From assembly GCA_048013815.1 (NCBI GenBank), contig CM106586.1:21638001-21702000 (forward strand): a stretch of 64,000 nt of DNA, in the 5' to 3' direction. This document shows positions 1 through 10,329 of the stretch, in pieces; the stretch's first letter is position 1, and every line of letters begins with the position of its first letter. Under the pieces are notes generated by a model that saw only the letters and a list, made by a program, of their open reading frames with translations, had not been told where the DNA came from and did not search any database. The position numbers were made by a program, and so were the translations under genes. Source of the stretch: Setoptus koraiensis (lineage: Eukaryota; Animalia; Arthropoda).

Positions 1-644
1 TTTATCCTTTGAGACACAACAACTTTTAATCGAAACTTAGATTCTCATCTATCGAAGATATGGACATATCTCATTCGGAGCGATTCTCTGGCAACGACCT
101 GAATTAGGAGTGTTCTATCTTTAGACTTGTCGAGATCCTCACTTTAAAAGCAAAGAGTACCAATAGCTTAGACAAGAGTTATGTTGAGTTACGTCCACTC
201 TATCTAACTACACAATAATCTGTCTCGGCATATATTCTTTATTCGATTGATCGGCACAGCATCATCGCTTATTGCTAACTGGTGCACAATTTATAAATGA
301 AACGTTCATGTCCGGATAAATATCCATCACTAAGACATCTATCCTTTCACTGCATCGATCTGACAGCCAGTAGGCGTAATCAGGTCCCACTGAGTCGGTA
401 TTTCACCGTCGATAGATTGAAAAAATATTGCAATCAGGAGAAGAGATCTGTTAAAGTATCAACTGTACTGCTATGTGTTTAGTGAGTGGTAAAAAATAAA
501 GCGCAGATAATCTATGAATATTCACTCCTGTGTCTCATTCTCTTCCTCTCAATCTATCACCGTAAGGTAGTTTTCATATCTCACGCATTGCTAACCAACA
601 GATTCCTCCTCTACTGAATAAACAAATTCGGATGAATAGATTGA

Positions 645-672
645 GTCTCAATATATATATATATATTGAGAC
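645..672. repeat. 28-bp perfect palindrome GTCTCA-(AT)8-TGAGAC
   Basis: Read directly from the sequence; fully self-complementary. Confidence 0.9.
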
Positions 673-1067
673 GTCAACACATATATGCTAACGTAATATT
701 CAGTTTAAAAATATTCTCTCATCGATTATCTTCATTGAACATGTGACAAAAACAAGCTCATTCAGATTACTAACTTATCTACATGAGGCGAAGATATGAC
801 GTCTTGGAGATAAGATGGTTTTGCAACAACACATATGTGTATGTGTGTGTTTCACATGGTGATAAATAAAACTTTTATTATTATCAATAGTTTAGTATTA
901 GAAATAACAGTTATTCGTCTTTGCAAAATATATCGATTGATACATTTATTATATTGGGGTGATTTTAAGCCAAGTTCACTCATAGGCTCCATATTATCAT
1001 ATCTGATCATCTGGAACCGGCCCGATCGACAACGACTAATCCTTTTCACACTGATCATTCGCTAAAC

Positions 1068-3002
1068 ATGAATAACAAGAAAGCTGAAAACACAACAGAG
1101 GTTGGCAATAAGAATGAAGATGGTCAGAATTCTTCAACAAGTGATACTCATTCCTATAAAGGCGAGACTGTTCGTGGTATCAATTCGAGCGAACTCGACC
1201 ATGTTGTTTATTCAAATACAATCTCTGATGCCGATACATCTGAAACTAAAGATATCACTGTTACGGATATTATCGGAGAATTTGGTTTATATCAGTGCTC
1301 ATTGAGTGTCATAACATTCATTCGTTATGTTTGTGTTGCCATGATGACCAATACTGGGCCACTTATTGCACCCGACATGGATTATTTCTGTCAATTGCCA
1401 GATAATTTAACCAATATTTTAACCATTAACGGCTCCATTTACATTAAAAATCATCTAAACAATTCTTGCCAAGTTTGGATACCTCCATGGACAATAAACA
1501 GTGATTTTGAAAATAAAAGTAAAACTATTTTAACAGAGAACAACACATTTAATTGTATTAATTGGACATATAACACAAGCCTCGTAGGTAGAACGATGAC
1601 AGATGAATTCAATTTAGTCTGTGATAGAGACTGGCTGAGATCCTTATTCCAGAGTAGCGTATCCATAGGTGTAGTGGTAGCATCACTATTCTGGGGTACT
1701 CTATCCGACAAGCGTGGTCGTTACTATACAATGAAGATTTGCTATCTAGTCTCATTCATATCCGGTTTAATATCATTTTTGGCGCCAAATTTCATGATCT
1801 ATGTTATGGCACGATCAATATGCTCATTAGGTGATTTAGGTTTAGTGGTATCATTGGCCACTATACTTGTGGAAAGTGTCGGAAACCAATACAGAGGGGC
1901 AGTGTGTATCATAGTTTATTTGGGTTGGGCAATAGGTGTAATGATTATGCCATGGATTACAGATTATTTTAGAGATTTTAGAGTGCTAATGTTGGCGACA
2001 GTTTTTCTGCACCTTATTACCCTTCCATGGCTTCTGATAAAAAATGAATCTGTCAGGTGGCTATTGATAAATGGCAGATTCTCGGAGGCACTCATAGAGG
2101 TCAAGAGAATAGTACAATGGAACAAATTTTTAGAATTGCACAGATTAACAACTCAGGAATATGCAATCATAGATGATAAATTTGAACAATTAAAGTTACG
2201 TTTTAAGCCAGTCAACGATGGTGAACCCGAACATTTTGACACTGAATCATCGCCATTCAAGCATTGTGGTAATCATGACAAACTGGGTGATAGTTTTGGT
2301 CTAGGTAATGCCAAAGAATGTAAAAGAATGGAGGCCGCAATGACTGTATCTCATGAAACAAAACGACATAGCAATGATGATGAGGATTCACTACTTGCAA
2401 GCTTTGGTAAGATGCGCCAATTGTTTCAGTCAAAAGAGTTATCAATAACAACACTAACCCTTGTTTGGGTTACATTCAATTCTGAGCTTCTGTACATGTC
2501 ATTTATATTGATCAACTCGGACGTTGGAGACAATCTTTATGCTAATTACGCCATGGGTGGACTCATGGAAATTCTCGCTGCCCTCATTAGCTGTGTGATA
2601 ATATCAAATGTAACAAGAAGACTATCATTGACATCGTCATTGTTGTGCATATCTCTCATATGCTTCACCTTGGCATTCGTTTACGAGGATGCAAAGTTAA
2701 TTTTATGGCTACTCCCAGCAGCAAAATTGGCCATATCAACTCTATCGTCATTAGTGTATGTTACAGCCACAGAAATGTTCCCGACTGACTTACGTCAGAC
2801 CGGTTCTGGCGCTTGCGCAACATTTGGTAGTATGGGTGCCGTTGTCGCCCCTTTCATTTGCTCGCAATTAGTCAGTATAATTGGTATGCACTATGTTCTA
2901 ACGCTATTTAGTATATCACCTTTGACTGCCGCCATACTTATACCATTCTTTCTACGTGAGACAAAAGGTGTCGAGCTGACAGATAAATTGGATGAATTGT
3001 AG
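1068..3002 (+). CDS. SLC22-family organic cation transporter (Orct-like, MFS), 644 aa, intronless
   Basis: Single ORF with SLC22 hallmarks: Cys-containing, N-glycosylated first extracellular loop ending 'FNLVCDRDWL', 'GTLSDKRGR', 'ESVRWLL', 'ATEMFPTDLRQTG' and C-terminal 'LRETKG', plus about 12 hydrophobic segments. Confidence 0.93.
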   Translation: MNNKKAENTTEVGNKNEDGQNSSTSDTHSYKGETVRGINSSELDHVVYSNTISDADTSETKDITVTDIIGEFGLYQCSLSVITFIRYVCVAMMTNTGPLIAPDMDYFCQLPDNLTNILTINGSIYIKNHLNNSCQVWIPPWTINSDFENKSKTILTENNTFNCINWTYNTSLVGRTMTDEFNLVCDRDWLRSLFQSSVSIGVVVASLFWGTLSDKRGRYYTMKICYLVSFISGLISFLAPNFMIYVMARSICSLGDLGLVVSLATILVESVGNQYRGAVCIIVYLGWAIGVMIMPWITDYFRDFRVLMLATVFLHLITLPWLLIKNESVRWLLINGRFSEALIEVKRIVQWNKFLELHRLTTQEYAIIDDKFEQLKLRFKPVNDGEPEHFDTESSPFKHCGNHDKLGDSFGLGNAKECKRMEAAMTVSHETKRHSNDDEDSLLASFGKMRQLFQSKELSITTLTLVWVTFNSELLYMSFILINSDVGDNLYANYAMGGLMEILAALISCVIISNVTRRLSLTSSLLCISLICFTLAFVYEDAKLILWLLPAAKLAISTLSSLVYVTATEMFPTDLRQTGSGACATFGSMGAVVAPFICSQLVSIIGMHYVLTLFSISPLTAAILIPFFLRETKGVELTDKLDEL

Positions 3003-4599
3003 CATGAAATTGAAATGGATTGATATACAAGTTGACACACCTTTGCAGAACCCCTTTTGTACAAAACTACATCTATTGTTTAATAATAAATATAGCATAC
3101 AATTGACAATAATTGATCTTCGAGACCAATCGATTTTACCCATATATTCAAGTCTCGGAGTCTCATTCTATTTCTGTAGATACACTTGTGTAGTAGATTA
3201 TTTTTATAGATTTTTGTATGGGGTGGTCGCAAATAGAATTGCATTTGAATTGAATAGCCTTGGCTACCTTCCACAGGGCCACGGTGCTCTGTCAAATGCA
3301 ATTCTCTTCGCAACTCCCCCATATTTGGCTTTTATCACTATATATCATGTGTTTCCAAACTAAATCCTTTCAGTTGCTTAAACTTGCTGTACTAACTGCT
3401 GTTATTCATCTACCTAGATGCAATATTCCTCCTCCATCGAGGAGATACAAAAATTTAAACGGACCAAAGACTGTTACTACGCTATATACATATACTGTAT
3501 ATCACGTGCTGTCCACCGAGCCTTATTCATGTACTTACGCGTTGAGCATCGCATCATGTGACACAATGCAACTGCCTGGATGTATTCGCATTGGATGGGT
3601 AGGAGTAAATTTATGGATTTCATGATTCATCCAGTATTATACCTTCTTATCCTAGGAAAGTATTTTAGGCGATCCTATTCTTAACCTAAAATTGGCACAA
3701 AGAAAAGAGAGAAAAGAAGAAAGAGGAAGAGGGGAATAACGAATAAGTGTTATCAGGGGAGGAAGTAGGAGGGAGGAATAGAGTGATGGAAGTACTGGAA
3801 GAAGTAGATTTGCTAGGGGAGAGGCAGAAGGGAGGAGGAGAGAAAAGGTTGGGAGTTACAGTGAGTTAGAAACAGTACAAGAGAAGATTAGAAGAAGAGA
3901 GAAGGAAGAAATAGAAAGGAAGGAGGAGCATTGAAGAGATAGCAGATAAGGCGAGACAGGACCGTGAAGCATAGAGTGGGACTTGGGATGAAAGCGAGGA
4001 AGGGATAGTAGAAAGACGACAAGGCGGATTAGCGCAGAAAGCTTCCCATTGGAACCGGGCAGGGCTAAAACTATCAGCGGAGTACATGGATGAAGCGGGG
4101 GCGCAGGAACAGACCGAAGTCGATGAAACAACGCAGAAGGGTGAAGAGGGTCAGTACCAATAGTGCTGTTGGATCGGCAGAATTACACAGTGACGCCGCC
4201 GGCTGGTCCGTCCGCGCCTACGACGAGCGGCTCACTCATCCTCAGCGCAGGAGGGCGGACGACGTCGCGTGACTACGAAAAAAAAAAAACACGAGCCAGC
4301 CACGTCCTTCTGTCGACGCCGGTGACGGCCTACCTGACCTAGCACTGGTGCTGTATCGCGACAGGACGGACTCAACCACCAAACGCAGGAGCAAGCCTTG
4401 CGCCGGCTCGCGACAAGCGCGGAGCACGGCGCCGAGACACCGCCAACAGCATCCGCGAGTTCCAGATCCACAGCGGCTCGCAGAGCGCGCGTGCGGAACG
4501 GCGGAAAAAACACCTCCCCAGGCCGCGGCGACGCGCCGCGAGCGCGCCATCGATCCCACGAGAGCCAAGACGAAAGCAGGACGAACAAAGTCCGCTGTG

Positions 4600-7460
4600 A
4601 GCATGCTGGTGTAACGCGGCTCGGAATAGCTGCTTCTTCCCGGCCCCGAAGAATGCCAGCCGAGTCCTCACGCAGGAGCAGCCGGTGACCTTATAAGGCT
4701 ACTAACCCAATCCCCTGGCCCCCCATGCCTAGAGGGAGCTGGCGCCGTGTTAGGCCGATCCAGCGGGAGCCCACAGCGCTATCCCCGCGCCCGCTTTATC
4801 GAGCGGACCACGGGGCCCTGCGCGCTCGACGCTCCGCCATTCTGCTCACGGCCAGCCTTCGCGCACAGCTCTTCGCCTGTGTTGTCTCCGGCATGCTCTA
4901 CAAGGGAGACCTACGATTATCGACGAGTAACCACCATCCACTCTCTGCTTATCGCGAACGATTCGCCCGCCAGTCGTAGTCTGCGCGAAGCATACTCCTA
5001 GACGACATTCCGCGAGCGGCCACTGCCAAGCAGCACGTCACCAGAGCGCCGTCTCCCCGGTAAGAGCCGCTCACCCCCGGCCGTCAGCTTACGCTAGCGA
5101 CCAGGCCGGTTGCTCCGCGGCTGCCACCGCTCGTACAACCGTACCCGCACTTAATGCGCGACGACGGATCCCCTCACGACCTTGATCGCACGGTGACCTC
5201 CAGGGCAGCTGAGCGGTGTCTCACCGACCGGTCTACCTGTTGGCATCGACTACGACCCAATCCAGCTACTTGGGAACCGCAGACCCCTCCTGTAAGCGCG
5301 GTCTGCCATCTTCCCACGCCGGCTCGTGTATGCTCCCTCTCCTCAATACGCAGCAGCACCTACTGCAAGCCCTACCGCCGCGTGTTTCAGGGTTGTGAAT
5401 GCGCCACCTGGCAGCTCTCTGCCGACTCCACCCTATCGGCCCGCGACGGCAGTAGCAGTACTACCGAACTGAGAGATCCCGATCCATCGGCGAAGCCTCC
5501 GCTGCAGACCGGTAAAGTTCTCGCGCCACGTTCGAATAAGCTACGTCTCGCCGCAAGTTCCGCGTGCTTCGTCGCACGGAGCGACATCTGACTCTTTTGC
5601 TGCGGCCTTTGTGGTAAGATCCGCGGGTCAACTATCGGCCTTCCATCACCTCGCGAAGAACGACCCGGCCCTGCCGCGTGAAGGACCTGACAGAGAGAAG
5701 ACAGAGAGAGTAATGCGCGCAAAGACGGAACGCAGACATGAAGAAGACCGATGCAGACGCCATGAGCGGCCTGCGAGAAAAACTTAAGTGTGTACAGGGT
5801 AAGCGATGGAGCCAAGTCGTAACTCCGAGCGAGAGCACAGAAAAGAGTCACGGCGCCGCGCCAGCGTTCATCGACTCAGAGCGGACATGCGTCACGCATC
5901 TCGACCCTTACAGGGCCCATCACTTGTCGAAGTAGCCTCTAAGGCGCTGCTAGTTTCGCAACTGACGACTGTCGCTGTCCCTGCGAGACCCGCATCTAGT
6001 CGCAGCCGATTTCCTTCGAGAGCACACCGCGCAGGATACGTGTACGTGTACTAAGCGGCCCCCTCAAGGTCCCGCAGGCCAGCTGATGACCCATCGAAGA
6101 CCCACCCGCACCACTGTGCGCGCTAGCATTTAGGACCCGCGACACGCAGCGATACAGCTCGGGTGACCCGGATCGCGCTCTCCTCGCCACCAACTGTCCG
6201 TCACTCCCAATCCTCGATACCCCTGCGGGAACCTGAACTCGCCCTCCCTCGCTTCCTAACCCGTTACTGCTCCAGAAGGTTCAAACTCGCCGTAGCCTCT
6301 CCTGCACACCAACTTCTGCGCGTACTTCCGACCCCGGTGGTCGCGAACCGTCGACATGTACATCTGAGTCGCGCGCCCCAGAATAGTCCACGTGCGGCCT
6401 CTCGCGGTCGCTTCCAACTTACGTCCGTCCCTCTAACCCAGTTCCCCCGTTCATACGGCGTCGCAGGTCATCCACGGAACGCCGCGCGGCGTGACGCGAC
6501 TCCTCCCAAAACCCCCCCCGCTCGGACTCGGCTGGACAAAAAGTATCTCTGCGGCCACGTTATACCAGCTACCAATCATTCACACATCCTTCGCCATATG
6601 TTAACCCTTCGACTCTACCCATGAAACATCGCCCAGAGCGCTGGCCACAGTCACAAGGCGCGGAACCATGCTAGTTGCCTCGTATGACCGACTCCAGTCT
6701 ACCTATTAGTGGATATCTCCTCTTCCGCCGCGCGGAAATCATGCTCCTAAGGCCGCACGGCCCCGGCCTTCCTCCTCACGGCTCCCACCCAGCTCCTCTT
6801 CCTACAAGTAGAATAAAAAAAACCTGGCGCGGCGACTTAGACGCACGGCGTAGACCTGTTTATCCTCCGTTTGGCCCTCCTCCCCCTTTTCCCTCGAACA
6901 GCAGCGCTACACCTCCGCGCTACCGTCTACCTGCCGCCGACCCGGGCGGCAAGCATGAATCTCCGTCGCGAATACCCGGCCATGCCTCTACTACGACGAT
7001 ATGTACCCGGCACCCTAACAGGCGAACCCAACCTGTTGTTAAATCAGGCACGGAACTCGCCGACAGTGCTCGAGCCGACACTTTCGCGCGCGCGCGCCCT
7101 CGTGAACCTCGCCGCCCGCGTGTCCTCGGCTACGAGCGTCGACCCGCAGTTGTCCGGCACGACGACTTATGCATGGCACGCCAGCCCGATAGAGGCACGG
7201 AGCGATTTACGACATCTCACGCATGTAGGACGCATTACAAGCTACTACGCCGAAATCTTTCAGGCATAAGACGGAAGCTATTAGCCCTACTCGCTCGCCC
7301 AAAGCCTAGCAGAACGACGATGTACGCAATGACCATCAACATGCGATTGCAGACACGTTCAAACGCTTCGGACTACCGATACCTCATGGCTCGCCAGCTG
7401 CCCTCCCGCGGGCAGGTCCCGTCCGGCGGGGAGCATGCCCTCCGCTGGCCCGTCTGAGAA
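4600..7460 (+). mobile_element. Degenerate LINE ORF2 remnant (APE endonuclease-RT-RNase H; I/R1/Tad-like architecture)
   Basis: Colinear motif ghosts across frames. APE: 'VLTQE' 4664, 'GDL..SNHHPL' 4905-4943, 'LDRTVTS' 5181, 'GIDYDPI' 5242 (cf. GSDHxPI). RT: 'GK(D)PRVNYRP' 5613-5641 with a 1-nt deletion, 'EVASKA' 5929, 'KVPQAS' 6066, 'IAL' 6172, 'YCSRRFKL' 6265, 'KYLCG' 6541. RNase H: 'MTDSS' 6684, 'AEIMLL' 6732, 'RIPGHA' 6969, 'GTELADS' 7047. Spacing is irregular and motifs are imperfect. Confidence 0.55.
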
Positions 7461-7609
7461 CGCATCGAGACAGCGCTACAGCCGCGCTCAGCACTTGTGA
7501 TCGTTGACGCAACGATCACCAAAGGTCGTCAGTCTTCCCACTCTTCCATTCAACGCCTGAACATGGCTCGTCCATAGCTACCATTGCCTATGTCTTCACT
7601 CCCGATCCG

Positions 7610-10020
7610 AGATGACGCGTCCCGGAGCTACGGACCTTTCCGGTTGCCGCCCGCCATTTGACCATCGCCCCCCTTCTCTAAGCGAGCCCGGCTCTATATC
7701 GCGCATACTATCAGACTGTACTGCTCAGCTCCACGGGCGTACGAGGCGCGAAGACGCCAGCGCCAGTGTTTCGCCTCCTCATCGAGGCAACTCGCCGCCC
7801 CCCCGCGGACGCCTACCGCGCGAACGGGAGGCAGAGTGGACTACGTCGCCCCCCATCCGCGCACGAAGCCCTCTCCCCGTCCCCTCCCAGGCATCTCGTC
7901 CAGACTGCCTAATCACTCGTGCAGGTCGACGCCGAGAAGAACTGAGTTCCCCCGAGCGACTCTCTCTAAGTGAGGCGTCTAGCGTTCTGTGGCCCGCCCT
8001 AATCCAGAAAATATATCTCTACGACAACACGCCATGACGACTGCTATTGACCACCGACACGCCCGACTTACGCACGCGGCTACCCTCGCAAGAACGCCCG
8101 TAACCGAAACTGAGCACTCGCCGGCATTCGCCTGGCTCTGAGCCTGTTGAAACCAGAGACGAATTCTTAAAATAAAAGTAAAAAAAATTAAAAAAAATTT
8201 TAATCGATACTCGGCCTGAGACAGACTCGGGGGACATGCGTACCACCCCTACGTCGCCCGCACGGAACTGCCTGCGGTAGCAGCCGCCGGAGCGACTGCC
8301 GGCAAGCTCCGGGTTTCTGCACGCAAAGAACACGAGGCAGATCACGCTAGCCCCACGCAGTGGGAGTGTGGTAGGGAACTTAGTCGCAATACCACCCCGC
8401 GACGAGAACTTCGAGCTCAAATCCAGCCACCTGCGACCAACGTCCTACCAACCTCGCCGGAGGACGCGTCCGCGCTGCGGGGCGAGTCCGTCCTTGTTCA
8501 GACTGACGCCTCTTCACCCGCCTACGCACTCGGAGAGCGGACTCGGCTTTCCGCCATTTCACGCCGTAAAAACCTGCTAATCACCTCTAATCAGTCACCG
8601 TGCCGATGGCTGTCGCACCACTTCTCCGATCGTTACGCGTGCCATGGCCCAACGTACCCAGAGAATAGGGAGACCACAGCAGTCGCGGCGGACGGCTTCA
8701 AAGTTAACGCGAGATGTGATCGCTCTGAAGGGAGCACGCACGGGACGGCGCCCCGGCGACGTGCGGTCGACGGAACCACTTACTAAGTAGCTGACTCTAA
8801 GGTGCACTAAGTCCAAGATTCCGGGCCTCCCACTTCTCCCTGCCCGGAAGCCGAGATCCCTCGTCGCGCCCCTAGTCGATACCGCTCGCTGCGAACAACT
8901 ACTAGGCAACCAGCACAACCCGACGGCGACACAGCGACCTACCCCCGTCCCACGGATTACACCGAGTACGCCATAAGTTATCGGCAGATTGAGGGCATCT
9001 GAGCGCGCGCTGCTTGCACATCGGAACGTCACCGGCATATAGACGAACAGAGTTGAAGGTGGCTGGGAATTCCGCCTGGTTGGACAGCGCTGTAGGGGGG
9101 CCCCCGGGGCACTGTTAGCTGCTTAGACGGCGGATCCCGGATTCGACGGTCGGCCAGCCGCTCAGGGTCTGACTTTGCGCGTATGGCTCTCAACACACAG
9201 TAGGACCAGACCCTCTGGCTGTCGCTTAACACACCCACTCGCGGTGCGCAACGCGCTTACGCGTGCCGGAGTCACTCCGAATAACCTTAATATCAGTTCA
9301 AGTGTCAGCAATAAGGCCCGGTTCAAGAACCGAAACGACGAACGAAGGACTCGATGTCGACGGCGTGCGAAAAGATCCCGCAGGCGGGACAATCGTCGCT
9401 CGCGGTGAGAGCCGACACGTGGAAAACTCTCAGTAAGGCACCATTACCGGCGAATCCTACTCCACTCGCCGCGCGGTACTCCGACGGTGCGAAAAGGGCC
9501 TGGTCGTATTTCCTCAGCGGCCTCGCATATAACAGCCGGCGCTTGGGAGCCGTCCCCAGACGGCTGCAGAAAGGGACCCCATAGAGACCCATTTCGAGCG
9601 ATAAACTGAAGCGCCCCTAGCATAAAACTCAGAGAGAAAGGAGAGAGAGCATCACGATACCGACCCGCCAGAAGTACCTGCACGCTAGTACGTAGGTTGC
9701 GGCACGGAGACCCCTACCGGGCGAACCCGGCCGACCATCCTAGGGCTTCTAACCCCTCGGGGTCAACGGCGCCGTCACCCCGGAGGATGCATGCGTTATG
9801 CCTCCAAACTAAACGCCGATTCCGCGCAATGAAGGCTCCGAAACCCGCACTGAGAGCCTAGCCTTAGTTGCGGATAGCATCCTACCCACAGAACCACGCG
9901 GCACTTGCGCGCACGCCGCACGGATATGTAAAGGCCGTCTCACGCGAGCTTAAGGTAGAATTACTCGCGCATACAGGCCACCTTCTGCATGGAGCCGAAT
10001 CCCAGCAGCCGCAGAGTTCC
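7610..10020 (+). mobile_element. Degenerate Ty3/gypsy pol remnant (RT-RNase H-integrase)
   Basis: 'IYLYDN' 8011 (cf. VYLDD); RNase H 'VLVQTDASSPAYALG' 8490-8534, 'ENRETTAVAA' 8661, 'FKVNARCDRS' 8697; integrase-like 'QTKRRFRAMKAPKPALRA' ~9805 (cf. PQTNGxxERFNRTLK). Order and the ~1.3 kb TDAS-to-integrase spacing fit gypsy. No LTRs seen. Confidence 0.5.
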
Positions 10021-10329
10021 TGCATGTCGGCGAGCTAGCCCGAAATGTCCGGCCGACCCCTCGCCAATTAATCCCACTTCTGGGCCCTACGCGTGCCAGG
10101 CCGAATGCTGGGCGCACCAATACGACCCGCGTCCCGCGCGACGGCGCCGAACCGACTGTCGCAAGAACAGGAGTAGGGACATGTTCCGACACAGCCGTTC
10201 CCATTTCGTAACGTGACACTCGCCCTTTCTATGAACGCGGTATCGACGATACGCCGCGCCGGCCTTCACGCAGGGAAACGAACGCAGCACTTCCAAAGGC
10301 CTGCTCCCTCATCCCGCAAGGTCTAAACG

